Made by a program: the position numbers and the translations under genes. A DNA stretch of 64,000 bases from Octopus sinensis (Eukaryota), in contig NC_042999.1 of assembly GCF_006345805.1 (NCBI RefSeq), positions 41,416,001 to 41,480,000 on the forward strand. Reading direction: 5' to 3'. How positions within the stretch are numbered: position 1 is the stretch's first letter; each line of letters begins with the position of its first letter. The notes under the pieces are model-generated. The model did not search any database and was not told where the DNA came from. It saw only the letters and a list, made by a program, of their open reading frames with translations. Shown one piece after another: positions 11,887-26,502 of this stretch.

Positions 11887-12113
11887 ATTTCTTTATTGCC
11901 CACAAGGGGCTAAACATAGAGGGGACAAACAAGGACAGACAAAGAGATTAAGTCGATTACATTGACCCCTGAACACTCAACCGGTGCTTAATTTATCGAC
12001 CCCGAAATGATGAAAGACAAAGTCGACCTCGGCGGAATTTAAACTCAGACCGTAACAGCAGACGAAATAGCGCTAAGCATTTCGTCCGGCGTGCTAACGT
12101 TTCTACAAGCTCG
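11887..12113 (-). mobile_element. Octopus-type tRNA-derived SINE (OR2-like)
   Basis: Matches copies at 15188, 24234 and 59778; family name from recall of octopus SINE consensus. Confidence 0.85.
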
Positions 12114-12315
12114 ACGTCGAAAAGATGAAAAACAAAGTCGACTTCGACTGAATTTGAACGGAGAATCGGACGGTAACGATTCAGCCAAATTGCCGCCTGA
12201 GAGAAGTTGTAATATTCTAACATTATTACACCGTACGCACACATGAATGTATATCTAGCACTCTACATTTAGCTTAGGTTTTATTGTGTGTATTGTGTGT
12301 GTGTGTGTGTGTGTG

Positions 12316-12368
<53 letters not shown>

Positions 12369-12639
12369 ATCATATTTAGAAGCATCCTGAGTTTTTTAGA
12401 AGTTACATGCAAATGTGCCTGGCATATAATGAAATAAAAACCCAACAGTGTAACGTAAATCTAAAGTCATCCATAGGCATCGAATACGCACGCGCGTGTG
12501 TGTGTGGTTATAAATACTAGAGACTTTCTTTTAAACAGAAGAATATTTACAAGTGTACTTGGTCATCTCTAGATAAATACAGTAATAAAATAAATCATAT
12601 TCCGATAAATCAGCAACGTAAAAGAATTGCTGTTAAAAG

Positions 12640-15120
12640 TTGAAGATATCGAGGTGTACAAATCGTGAGCGATCATCAGTTAAAATATAGGGACAATTCA
12701 GTTGAAAACTGACGAAAAGATTGGAGGGATTGCCAGGTTTGATACAGAAAAGTTGAAAGATTATAGAATTAAAAGATAAATTTGTAATTCAAAGTTGAAA
12801 TCGATTTCTAATGCTTGAAGCTATAGATGAATATGTAGAATTCAATGGTGTGTGGAAAAATGAAAAGGAAATATACCAGAATGTATCGAAAGGTGTTCTG
12901 GGCAGAAGAAAGATAAAATGGAGGAGAAGGAAATAGATTTCGGATGAAATATGGGAATTTAATGAAACATAAAAGAAAGTGAAGCAAATTTTTGAAAGTT
13001 AGAAAGGAAATAAGTTGGACTCTAAAGTAGAAATAGTGAAATATTGGAATCTGAACAAAAAGGTGAAAGGTGTTCAAGAATAGAGAAAAAGGAGATTCTA
13101 GGAAGTGAAAGCTGATGAAGCAGATAAATTACTCAATACTGGAGACTGTAGAAGAATCAGAAAATTTTATGAAATAATAAATGAGATTACAGACTAAAGT
13201 AAAGAGATCAAAAATACTACATGTGTTTAGCTGTGTTGAGGAATTAATAACATTTGAAAGGAAATACCCAAGAATGAATAAAAAATAAAACGCATGTTGC
13301 TAGTCTTGAACGAAGTGTTTAATGGAAAAAACGCTATGAAAATTCCTCAACTGAAAGTGGAGTTAGATGTGGCTGTGCATGAAATACCATTAAAAAAACA
13401 TTGTAAGATCCATGGAGACATTTGAAAAAAAATATGGAATGGTTCTTGGATTAAATAGAATTGCAAGAAAAAGACTAAAAGCAAATAAGCAGGCCACTGG
13501 AAGAATATTACTAAATCGGTTTCTTAATATTGAATGTTACGCAGATATCTGAATATTAGAAATTTGGTCTAGAGATTAGAATACTAATAAAAGGGGGTAT
13601 CATTGAGAGTGTATAGCACTTAGGAGTGCAGTATCAAAAATATTCATTTTTATTATCTTAAGTAGGATACAGGTAGCATTGGGCAATATATTAAGAAATG
13701 AACAAGTATGGCTCCGGTGGTCAGCACGGTTGTAGTGATCAAAAATATGATGTACTTTATGGCTCGACCATAATCTACAACCGAGGGAAAAGTCTCGGTG
13801 ACCTATTGGTTAGGTCGTTCGATATTTGTTCTTAAGAGTTTGAGTTGAATTTATCGATCGTCTCGTACGTCGCGTCCTTGACCAACGTCTTTCGTTTTGC
13901 AATGCCACAATCTAAGTTTCTGCCTTTGGTCATGTGGGCCTCTCTCCCACCAGCAGTCACATCCTTGATGTTCCACTAGATAAAAAGTGTAGAACTAAGG
14001 AACTAAGAGGCTGTTTACATTTCGACGTGATTACATAATAACATAAAGCAACTAATTAAATTGGAACTCCGTCGGTTACGACGACGAGAGTTCCGGCTGA
14101 TCTGATCAACGGAATAGCCTGCTCGTGAAAGTGGGTGGCTGAGCACTCCACAGACACACGTACTCTCAATGTAGTTTTCAGGGAGATTCAGCGCGACACA
14201 GAGTGTGACAAGTTGGCCCTTTGAAATACAGATACTACACATTTTTGCCAGCTGAGTGGACTGGAGCAACGTGAAATAAAGTGTCTTGCTCAAGGACACA
14301 ACACGTCACCAGGAAATAAACTCTTGGCCTTATAATTGTGAGCCGAATGCTCTAACCACTGAGCTATACGCCTTCACTAAAGCAACTAAGGCTTGATGAT
14401 CGACTGTACTTTACTTTATTATGCAATATGTTTGATTTGGACATCCTTTCATAATGGTTTTTACAGACATTGGAATACAAAACGGAAATGTCTGTGGTTT
14501 GACGCAAATATTTGCGAATCATTTTGGTGTAACTACACATTAAGAAACTACATGCCAGGAATGTGTAGACGGTCAAATTTCAGATGTACTTTCAGTAGTG
14601 CAGGTAGCCGCCTTTCGTTTGCTATTCAAATAAATTACGCTACGAAAGAAACAATGGAAGGGAAGAATTTAATGGAATTATAGGAAATATTTGGTAGATT
14701 TAGATTTACAAATGATATGATTTTGCTTATGAATGATATATCAAAACTAAATAAATGATATATACGCCTAAAGAAGTAAGCAAAATCTCTTGGCTGAAAC
14801 ATAAACATAGATGAATGCGAGTACGTAGAAACCGAGTTTGTGGAGATATAAGAAATTCATCACTGAATAAATATACAGAAGAATCGAGTGAGTTTAAATA
14901 TTTTGGTAACTTCTACAGGTAATGCTGGGTCTTTAGAAATAACATTTTAGGGTAGATTTAACAGGAGAATTCAAGCAATGAAAAGCTATGAAAATGTGAG
15001 AAAATAACGCAAATTGGAAATTCATCGGTAGTTTAAAATGTATACGTCACTAGTAAAGAAAAGGTTTGCTATTAGGATGCATGATTTGAACTCATGAATG
15101 TTGAGAACCAGAATTAATAC
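12640..15120 (+). mobile_element. Decayed RTE-like LINE reverse-transcriptase region, interrupted at about 13760-14400
   Basis: Degenerate RT motifs: IALRSAVSKIFIFIILSRIQVALGNILRNEQ..G...HGCSDQ (about 13612-13741), LVDLDF-TNDMILL (about 14690, cf. LxDLDFADD), VSEFKYFGN (about 14887); many stops and indels. Confidence 0.55.
14061..14372 (-). mobile_element. tRNA-headed SINE, second family (related copy at 36317-36622)
   Basis: Minus strand starts ggcgtatagctcagtggttagagcattcggctc (A box), followed by gtgtccttgagcaagacacttt; body aligns with 36317-36622. Confidence 0.75.
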
Positions 15121-15187
15121 TTCAAGATATGTCTACACTTTGTCTTAACCATTTTCCCAGCTCTTTACCTTCTCATATCATTATATG

Positions 15188-15391
15188 TTTCTTTACTACC
15201 CACAAGGGGCTTAACACAGAGAGGACAAACAAGGACAGACAAACGGATTAAGTCGATTATATCGACCCCAGTGCGTAACTGGTACTTAATTTATCGACTC
15301 CGAAAGGATGAAAGGCAAAGTCGACCTCGGCGGAATTTGAACCCAGAACGTAACGGCAGACGAAATACGGCTACGCATTTCACCCGGCGTG
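15188..15391 (-). mobile_element. OR2-like SINE lacking its 5' end
   Basis: Near-identical to 24234-24468. Confidence 0.88.
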
Positions 15392-15633
15392 ACCGTCTCA
15401 TAGCATTATAGCCAACTACCATACCCTCTCGCATCACGTTTACATATATGTATGTGCGTGTATGTGTGTGTGTGTGTGTGTGAATGTCTGTCTGTCTGTC
15501 TGTCTATCTCTGTGTGTCTGTGTGTGCGTGTATAAATATGGCTATGTATGTAAATGCATATGTATGTTTAAATATACATACATATATATATATATATTCT
15601 TATAAGATCAATGTAAATACATGTAGGCGCATA

Positions 15634-15675
<42 letters not shown>

Positions 15676-16719
15676 CATACATACACATACATACATACAT
15701 ACATACATACATACATACATACATACATACATACATACATACATACATACATACATACATACAGAGAGAGAGAGAGAGACTCATACAGACATACACGCTC
15801 ATATGTTAGGAGACAGTCCAACAGAAGATTGGTTCAATAATATAAAAGACCTCGTGATTGGTTGGCTCCTGAAAATGTTAAGCTGTATAATCTCTGGAGG
15901 TAGGTGTTTAGAGTATTGCCAAAAGAAAACATTCTGCTACATGTTTTCGAATAATACAATTCTACAATCCAATTAGAATACTCATGACGATATAAACACA
16001 TAAGGAGTAAATTAGAATCGCTAACCGCTGAAATTGGGTGCTCCCAATACTCAGCTGGTGTCAGGTTTAATATATCTTATACCAACCTTCTGCAATAGGA
16101 TAGGCGATGAAATAACACAAAAGGGGTAGAAATGTGAAAATCCAATCAAGAAAAACGACGACTTTATTGAGTTGGTTATGAACTTGTCGAAATTAACTGC
16201 CCGCTTTCGAACTTGCCAAATGCATTTCTCTTATTCATTTCCTTTTTCTGTTTCTTCTTCTTCTTCTTCTTCTTCTTCTTCTTCTTCTTGTTTTTCTTCT
16301 TCTTCTCGTTCTTCTTTTCTATATCTGTCTATGTGACTGACGTCCTCATCTACTTTAAATGATCTCCCATAGTGAAAAGCAGAAAATACAGTTTGTGTGA
16401 CACACGCAGTGAATATTGCATGTTTAATGAATGGTTATTGCTTAGTTTGACATTAATTGTCACTGTAAGCAAAATAGGGACCCATCACGATAGATTGGAC
16501 TGCCGGGAATGATAAGACTGCTAACACTGCATTTCTGACATGCAGACTATGCTGGAGTAATGAGGACGATCTAAGACAGAGAGATACCGGCAGATATTAG
16601 GTAAATTTGTCTCTTCAATTTCTTTTCTTCCATAAGTTGCGCGACTTACAACCATAAATATATGCATACGCACACGCACACATATTTGATAAATAAAGTT
16701 ACATATATGTGTTGTGGGT

Positions 16720-16810
16720 GCACGTATATATATATATATATACATATTATATATATTTATATATATATAATATATATATATATATATACATACATATATA
16801 TAACTCATAT

Positions 16811-16846
<36 letters not shown>

Positions 16847-16901
16847 ATATATATATAATATATATATAATATATTACATATATATTAATATATATATATA
16901 T

Positions 16902-16944
<43 letters not shown>

Positions 16945-16970
16945 TATAATATATACTATACATACCTATA

Positions 16971-17045
<75 letters not shown>

Positions 17046-17064
17046 GATATATATATTATTATAT

Positions 17065-17132
<68 letters not shown>

Positions 17133-17217
17133 CATATATATATATTATATATCTATATATATATATAATACATATATATATATATATATATATATAATAT
17201 AATATATATATATATAT

Positions 17218-17249
<32 letters not shown>

Positions 17250-17511
17250 ATATAATATATATATCATATATATTATATATCTATATATATATATAAGATA
17301 TATATATATATCATAGATATATTCATATATATATATATATTATATATATATATATATAATACATATATTATATATATATATATATACCATATATATATAT
17401 TATATATATATATATATATTAATATATATATATCTATATATATATACATAATATATATATATACATATAACATATATATATTAATATATATATATATATA
17501 TTATATACCTA

Positions 17512-17564
<53 letters not shown>

Positions 17565-17626
17565 TATATATCTATATATATATATACATATATATATCAT
17601 ATATATATATATATATACATATATAT

Positions 17627-17661
<35 letters not shown>

Positions 17662-17662
17662 C

Positions 17663-17701
<39 letters not shown>

Positions 17702-17705
17702 TATT

Positions 17706-17737
<32 letters not shown>

Positions 17738-17931
17738 CTATATATAATACATACAATATATATATATCTACATACAATATATATATATTACATACATATA
17801 TATATATACATATATATTATATATACATACATATATATATATACATATATATCTATATATACATACATATTATATATATATATATATTATATATATATAA
17901 TATACATATATATATCTATATATTACATACA

Positions 17932-17963
<32 letters not shown>

Positions 17964-17995
17964 CTATATATATACATATATATATATATCTATAT

Positions 17996-18069
<74 letters not shown>

Positions 18070-18546
18070 ACAACATACATATATAATATATATATATACA
18101 TATATAATATATATATACAGATATACTCTATATTATATAATATATAATATATATATATATATATAGAGATAGAGAGAGAGAGAGAGAGAGAATATCAATA
18201 TAAATATATATATAAATATATCTGTATATATACATATATATATATTATATATCATAATTAAATCTCAGAATGAGATTGAAACAGTAATCGCTCGATAATG
18301 TAAAGTATAGAAGCCATCTTATCACCCTCTCCCCAATGTGGTAGCCATGATAAGATGGCTTCTATACTTTACATTATATATATATATATCTATATGTATG
18401 CTTGTATCTATATATGGTATATATATATATTATGTATGTACTATATAGTATATATATTATATATTATATATATTTATATTATGTATATACTATATAGTAC
18501 ATGTATATACTCTCTCTCTCTCTCTCTATATATATTAATATATATA

Positions 18547-18594
<48 letters not shown>

Positions 18595-18620
18595 TATATA
18601 TATTATATACATATATATAC
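16720..18620. repeat. About 1.9 kb degenerate (TA)n tract with a short (GA)n
   Basis: Direct reading. Confidence 0.95.
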
Positions 18621-19699
18621 AGAGAGAGAGAGAGAGAAGGCGAGCGTGATTGGACATCATACCAAAACAGAAATGTCGATACATTCCATCGTTTCAGTTC
18701 TCGCTAGTTTTATTGAATACGTATTTACGCACATACATACCGAAGATGTAGAACATGTTTATCTGTGTACATACAAAGATATGTACATCCGTGCAATCAT
18801 ATTTTCCTGCTGTAATTCACTCTTTGCTTCTTCCTTTCTTTCTTTCTTTCCGTCCATATTCATCCTGTGTCTATGCCTCACTCTTTACCCTCCTCCCGTG
18901 CACCCTTCTCATATTTTTACCTTCTCCTCTCTTGTGGCTGTATGTGTGTTAATAAAAGTAATGCATTTGCTAAATGCATGGCTTGTATATATTTCTCCCA
19001 AGTTGAATTGAATAATTCTGCAGTAATCATCATTCTTGAACAGCTTGATCGAGAACAAGATTCTCATATCGAATAACAAGTTCCTGTTAAATTATTGGAG
19101 ACATTAGTCCTGCACAGGAATAATAATAAACTAATAAAGCTCCCTGCATTCGGTATGTTAACGTTAACTTCGCTGTCGGTTTCCATATGGATGGCGTCTC
19201 TGGGTGATTAATTCTCCTGATAGGTATACTTGAATACCTCGATTATGATATCGCACGACTGCAAAAAGTACTTTAGACTCAGAAAGACAAGTTAACGAAT
19301 CCTTTACTAAGGGCATATTGCATGCGTATATGTCTTAGTAGAGCAATGATATTACGTACTGAAATTGTACACACACATCATACATACAAAATATGCTAGC
19401 GATAGAACCGTCCTTTGTTCGACATGTTATACGATGTTTATTTGACTACATACACCACGTGTAGGTTTATGTTTACATGTATGTATATATGTACGTATGT
19501 CATTATTCAGTGCAATTTCAAGACTTCTTGCTGACAAAGAAAGAGCCGTTTTCTTAGATCTAATTCCTAGGAACTTCAACATCAACAGAGGATTTTTGTA
19601 TGTCTGTACGTATCTATGTATATGTGGAGTTTCGTATTTTTTCTTTTATGTATGTATTCTCATGCATATAGTCGCATTTCTAGACATGCTCACATATAC

Positions 19700-19930
19700 T
19701 TAAATGATAAACTTCTGGAAAGTTTTACAGATCTTCACCGTTCCGGAATTGGCTTGGATCTTTCTTTAGTCTTCGAATCAGCTTTTTCCTTTTTGATTTT
19801 GAGAAGCCTAATTTCTCAAGATTGGTATTTACGAAGTGTGTTACGTATCCAAGTGTCCCAACAATTACAGGTATAAACTTGAATTTGTAATCTGGATAGA
19901 AAAACTGCGTAGGTATTCTATTTTTCACTG
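19700..19930 (-). mobile_element. 3' end fragment of a restriction-like-endonuclease non-LTR element
   Basis: YPDYKFKFIPVIVGTLGYVTHFVNTNLEKLGFS resembles the C-terminal P(V/I)(V/I)xGxLG segment of RLE LINEs. Confidence 0.45.
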
Positions 19931-20369
19931 ATGTTTAGCTTTATGCTAACATCTGCTGGGTAGCTAATTTCTACAACTGTACACAGTTTCTCTTCTCTAT
20001 CCCAAATCATTATATCAGGTCTATTGTGTATAAACTTTAATGAAATTTCCACCGGTGTTTTATGTATGTATGCATGTGTGCATATGTATGTATGTATGTA
20101 TGTGTGTGTGTGTATACATACGTGTATACAAAATAGGAGTTTTCGTTAGGGTGACTCAAACGACTAGCTATGCACTCTGAGTGCACAAATTGATATGCCG
20201 CAAAAATTCCGGTTTGAACTGCAGTTGATGTAATTCTGTCGCTGCCTGGCTTTCGCTTGAGCCGGTGGGTATAGATCAAAGCAGAAAGGTAAAGGTAAAC
20301 AGTTTGGCAAGACTTGACAACGACAGTTAATTTAGCTATATAATAAACTGTTCATTATATAGCTAATAA

Positions 20370-20420
<51 letters not shown>

Positions 20421-20463
20421 AATGGTGTATAGTGGTAGTGGTAGTGGTAGTGTGTAGTAGTGG

Positions 20464-20505
<42 letters not shown>

Positions 20506-21460
20506 TGGTGGTAGTCGTAGTAGTAGTAGTAGTAATGGTAGTAGTAGTAGTAGTAGTAGTAGTAATGGTGGTAGTAGTAGTAATGGTAGTAGTAGTGAGT
20601 AGTAGTAGTGGTAGTGTAGTATAATGGTAGTAGTGCTATGTAGTAATGTGTAGAGGAGTAGGGAAGGAGCAAGTCGATTACATCGACCCCTATGCATAAC
20701 TGGTACTTATTTTATCGACAATCGACCTCGGCGGAATTTGAAGTCGGAACATAAAGACAGACGGAATGTCGCTATGCAATCCTGTTTCCATAGTAACAAG
20801 CGGAACACGAGAATTCATTTGTCTGAGAGAAAGCACGTGTTGACAAATATATTGAATCCATTTGTTTTACCTATTCAGCATCTAAATTTATGAACTGGTC
20901 AACAAAATGCTTAATAATATATAATTTGTGTCGTTCATCACATTTGCATTAAATGCATATTGAATGCTTGAAACTACTTGTTTAGTCGTTTCTTTTTTGT
21001 CATTGAGGTGGTTGTGATGTGTGTTAAAATAACAGCTAAATAACGATTTTGAATAAATCTTTTTAGTTCGTGCTATCGCATTAAATGCATATTGAATGCT
21101 TCAAACTACAAAAATACATTTTGTTTACAAATATTGACAACACACGTTATTTTCAAGATGCTGACGACAAAGTGTGCAGTCAAACAAGAAATGACAGCTT
21201 TCAAATCTTGTTTCTTGACTGGGTGAAAATTATCAAACTTTAATCATCTATAACTTTTTAAAAATATTTTTTCTGGAAAAAGTGAAATAACTCCAGCCAT
21301 TCAGTTTGGAAAAGTATATTATTATGCCAATTTTTTAAATCTTCGATAAACTTTAATTTTTGAAATGCTAGCAGCCAAACCAACTAGATCCCCGAAAGGA
21401 TGAAAGGTAAAGTCGACATCGGCGGAATTTGAACTAATAATACTAATAACAATAATAATA

Positions 21461-21493
<33 letters not shown>

Positions 21494-21495
<2 letters not shown>

Positions 21496-21999
21496 GGTCA
21501 AACAGCTGACAAACAAATCTGTGGTATTGAGCAGAATATTTGGAATAAAAGATGGGCTACAGCAAATATTCTACTCAATACCACAGATTTGCTTGTTAAC
21601 CAGTTAAGCATGTCCCTTAGTGGCTGACGATATGTGCATCTCTGATCACGAGCAGCAGTAGTGGGGGAGCATCATAGCCATGTGTTGAGAGGGGCTCTTT
21701 GGAGTTTGAGTAATTCACCTCTGGAAACATGGGTGTTTTGTTCAATAATATCTTTAAACAACCCTTTTTCAGAGACCTTTTGAGTGGAATGGGCAACTCG
21801 GCCAGAAAAAATTCTAACTGGGCCCCACCTGCAAGGTCATGTACTGTTTATCTTGATATAAGATCACCATGTCGCGCACATATGGTTGTGATGCATGTGC
21901 CTAGTTTACACTTATCAGACGGGTCGTCATGATGGGTATACTGAGCTTCGTATATTTTACCCCAGTGTCACTTTGATGGCATACACTGCTCTCTCACTC
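21494..21999 (+). mobile_element. Unclassified ~560-bp repeat, copy A (5'-truncated with a short inversion), within (AAT)n
   Basis: Aligns with copies at 25032, 54037, 54923 and 55643; strand is arbitrary. Confidence 0.85.
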
Positions 22000-22046
<47 letters not shown>

Positions 22047-22062
22047 TAGTAATAATAGTAGA

Positions 22063-22103
<41 letters not shown>

Positions 22104-22709
22104 GAAAAATAAGGATGATGATGAGGAGGAGAGGGGGAAGGAATCCTGGTTACAGACATACATGCATTTTATATCTATATGTATGTATGCGTACGCATTA
22201 TATTTTGTCATTCTCTTTGACAAGGTAGAAAACAATGGGATTCAGTACGGACAAATGTATGAGTTCGAAGTAATTTTTCCTTTGAAAGAGAAAATGTATG
22301 TGTGTGTGTAGTTGTTAGTTTCTACATTTAAAACTAAGTAAAAAAAAAAGTAAAAATAAAATAAACCCACTCTAAAACACGTACAATACATAAATACGCA
22401 AGTACAAAACTGTTACACACACATACAAACACGCACATACATACCATACTATTTCTTTTTATATACACTTATATTGTGGTATAGTTAACCATCTTTCCGA
22501 GGAGACGTTACGCTGTTAAGTCTACTAGGCAGCGCCAAGCTGTCTCGAGGGAATGGAATTTCCAATAGTACACAAGCAAGGGTAATTGGCTTTAATCCTA
22601 CATCAATAAAGAGTATAATTTGCCGGTAAAATACCTAAAAATACCAGTCACAAATACAGCGAAGTGTAGCTATTGAAACCACTTACTGCTGATTAACTCT
22701 CGTGTTTAC

Positions 22710-22854
22710 ATGTATATATATATATATATGTATGTATGTATGTGTATATGTATATATATATATATATAAATTGCATGTATGTATGTGTGTGTATATGTAT
22801 ATATATATTATATATATTATATATATATATAAATTGTATGTATGTATGTGTGTG

Positions 22855-22893
<39 letters not shown>

Positions 22894-23094
22894 ATTGTAT
22901 GTATGTATGTGTGTGTATATGTATATATATATATATATATATATAAATGTATGTATGTATGTGTATGTATGTGTGTGTATATGTGTGTATATATATATGT
23001 ATATATATATATATATGTATATATATATTATGTATATATATGTATATATATATATATATATAAATATATACATATATGTATATGTATATATGTG

Positions 23095-23130
<36 letters not shown>

Positions 23131-23140
23131 CGTGTGTATA
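22710..23140. repeat. (TA)n/(TG)n tract
   Basis: Direct reading. Confidence 0.9.
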
Positions 23141-23410
23141 CACACAGTTTTCTGTGTATACACTCGTGCATGCATATTTATATATAAGTATACATATATA
23201 AACAGGTTTATACACATAATACCTATAAATCTAGAGGTGAGTATGGATCCGTGTACACAAATACAAATATGTGTGTGAACTAATGGATATATATATATTA
23301 TGCATGTATCTATAAAAGCACACCAACGCATAGTCATAAGTATATAAGTATATGTAACTATGCATGTGTATGTGTATTTATATATCCATGTTTAAAATAT
23401 ATATACATAT

Positions 23411-23455
<45 letters not shown>

Positions 23456-23583
23456 GTGTGTGTGTGTGTGCGTGTGTGTGTGTTTGTTTGTACACACATA
23501 CGTATGCACGTAGATGTGTATACATAAGCATACGTATGCATAGATTTATGTGTGTACGTATTTCTTCCCCCCCTCTCTCTCAC

Positions 23584-23629
<46 letters not shown>

Positions 23630-23942
23630 GTGTGTGTGTGTGTGTATACATATCTGCGTGTGCGTGCGCGCCTGTCTACATTTCATATGGCATGTACAAT
23701 TTGATTAATGATTTAATTGTATTGGAATGTGGGAACATTAATTATTTTATAAATATATATCTCCTTTATTAAATATAGAAGGTTACTGCGTGCAAGTTTT
23801 AATTATTTTATTCATTTAATACTTATAATTCTTCCTACTCCACCTATCGTACACTATTTATTCTGTAATTCCTGCTTCTTATGCAGATTAAATTACCACC
23901 TAAGAATCTGTAAAAACTTCCCTAAGACAAGTTGCGAAGATA

Positions 23943-23997
<55 letters not shown>

Positions 23998-24069
23998 GAG
24001 AGAGAGTCTGTGTGTATAAAGACGTATATATGCAGTAAACCCCACTTTTTTTGGCATTTTAAATATAAC

Positions 24070-24148
24070 GGCGCAGGAGTGGCTGTGTGGTAAGTATCTT
24101 GCTTACCAACCACATGGTTCCTGTTTCAGTCCCACTGCGGGGCACCTT
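24070..24148 (+). mobile_element. 5' tRNA-like head of an OR1-like SINE
   Basis: ggcgcaggagtggctgtgtggtaag...ggttcctgtttcagtcccactgcg, same head as 27622-28024. Confidence 0.8.
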
Positions 24149-24233
24149 AATCACTAAGCCACGCGCCTCCGCTATTTAACATAAACCCTTTCAGTAATCC
24201 AGAAGTGTAATGTTTTTGTACGCACGTATATAT

Positions 24234-24468
24234 ACCCATTTCTTTACTACCCACAAGGGGCTAAACACAGAGGGGACAAACAAGGACAGACAAACGGATT
24301 AAGTCGATTACATCGACCCCAGTTCGCAACTGGTACTTAATTTATAGACCCCGAAAGGATGAAAGGCAAAGTCGAACTCGGCGGAATTTGTACTCCGAAC
24401 GTAACGGCAGACGAAATACGGCTACGCATTTCGCCCGGCGTGCTAACGTTGCTGCCAGCTCGCCGCCT
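24234..24468 (-). mobile_element. Full-length OR2-like SINE with 15-bp TSD
   Basis: TSD tacgcacgtatatat at 24219-24233 and 24469-24483; head ggcggcgagctggcag, B-box-like gttcggagtacaaattcc. Confidence 0.92.
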
Positions 24469-24983
24469 TACGCACGTATATATGCAGTTACATCAATACA
24501 ATTACGTGCGTGCCTGAGTGTGTGTGCCTGAGTATGCTACATATGTATACATGAGTATAAGTATATATGTATATGTGTGTGCATGTATATATGCTTGTGT
24601 TCGTGTAGGCATGTGTATAGATAAGGAATGTAATTGTTAATGCTATAAATATCTTTGGAAATATAAGTCTTCCGTGTCAATGGTTCCAAATATTGAAGAT
24701 TTTAACTTCGTGCTTAATTTTGTGGATTGTATAAACCTTACTCAAATTAAGAATACATCATTGCCGATATTAATAATAATCCTCTCGACTAAAGGAACAA
24801 GGCCTGAACTTTTGGGAGAGGAGTCTAATCGATTACATCGACCCTAGTGTTTCACTGGTACTTGATTTATCGACCTCGAAAGGGTGAAATGTAAAGTCGT
24901 CCTCAGCGGAATTTAAATTCAGAACGTTAAAGAAAGATGAAATGCCGTTTAGCATTTTGTCCGGCACGTTCGTTTCCTTACTT

Positions 24984-25014
<31 letters not shown>

Positions 25015-25031
25015 TAATAATAAAAATAATA

Positions 25032-25541
25032 GCCCTGATGCAGTAGCAGGCAGTGGCTCTCATGCCTTCTGATCATAACTGATTGGAAGTGTCATCATGT
25101 ACGTTGTTTTGTCCTGGTATAAATGATGCGCTACAGCAAATATTCTGCTCAATACCACAGATTTGCTTGTCAATTGTTTGACCTTAACCTGTTGACCATG
25201 TCCCTTAGTGGCTGACGATATGTGCATCTCTGACCACGAGTAGAAGTGGCGGAGCATCATAGCCGTGTGTCAAGAGGGATTCTTTGGGGTTTGGATAATT
25301 CACCTTTGGCAAAATGGGTGGTTCGTTCAACGTCCTTCAACAATCCTTATTCAGGGACCTTTTGAGCGGGATGGGTTACTCGACCAGAAGAAAATTCTAA
25401 CTGGACCCAACCTGCAAAGTCATGTGCTGTATATCTTGATATAAGATCACCATGTCGCACACATGGTTGTGATGCATGTGCCTGGTGTACCTTTATCAGA
25501 CAGGTAGTCATGATGGGTATACTGGGCTTCATATATTTTAC
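25032..25541 (+). mobile_element. Unclassified ~560-bp repeat, copy B
   Basis: Starts gccctgatgcagtagcaggcagtggctctc after (AAT)n; aligns with the other copies. Confidence 0.85.
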
Positions 25542-26303
25542 GTCATGCAATATGATTAAAAATACACGTAGGACGTACATATACATTAAGCGGCGAATAG
25601 GGCAATGATGTCATAGAAAATGGACGATATGTTAAAATTTAATAAACAAAGGAAAGCATCTATCCATATAGTAGTCAGAAATCTCCATCTCGAGACGGTC
25701 GGATATCAAGGGTAATTAACTTTAATCCTACATCAACAAAGCAATATAATTAACCAGTAAGATACCAAAAATTACCTGTCATAGATACAGTGAAATATAG
25801 CTATTTAAACGAGCACTCCTTACCCGTTTCCGATTGCAAGACTGCAACTTCCGAGTTATCTTTGAACATATGTTGTTTTCTCTTAACCTCAACTAATCAT
25901 GCAGTTTCCCACGGGAACTGGGTGTGCTCCGTCGATAGGCAGCTAATGGAATTGCACCAGCAGTGTATCATTTTGTTGTACGAAGTGTTCATACTCTATC
26001 GCTTCTGCAAGCAACATTACATTGTTTTGTCCGATTTGGCTTTTTCATCGATGTATTTCAGGTCCTCGTGGTCATTGTTCTTTTACTGTCATGTGAAAAC
26101 CTTACTTCGTTTTTCAGGAGAATAATATAATTAATGACTATCATTGATCGCTCTTAAATGTAATTCTCGGAGCACTCTAATTTTTTTTCTGGATTTAATT
26201 GTATAGAAGGTAATTCAGTAAAAAAAAGTAGTCTGTGTACATTAAAACATTTGCTTTGAGGAGCGAGTAAAAGAAATAAAAACTTGTCAAACTAGGTCAG
26301 TAG

Positions 26304-26356
<53 letters not shown>

Positions 26357-26502
26357 CATTTGTTCTCTAGGCACAAAGCCCGAAAATTTTGAGGAGGGGG
26401 CCAATCGATTAGATCGACCCAGTACGCAACTGGTACCTAATTTATTGACTCCGAAAGGATGAAAGGCAAAGTCGACCTGGACAGAATTTGAACTCAGAAC
26501 GT
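26357..26502 (-). mobile_element. OR2-related SINE 3' part between (AAT)n arrays
   Basis: SINE core gatcgacccagtacgcaactggtacc...gaaaggatgaaaggcaaagtcgacc. Confidence 0.75.
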
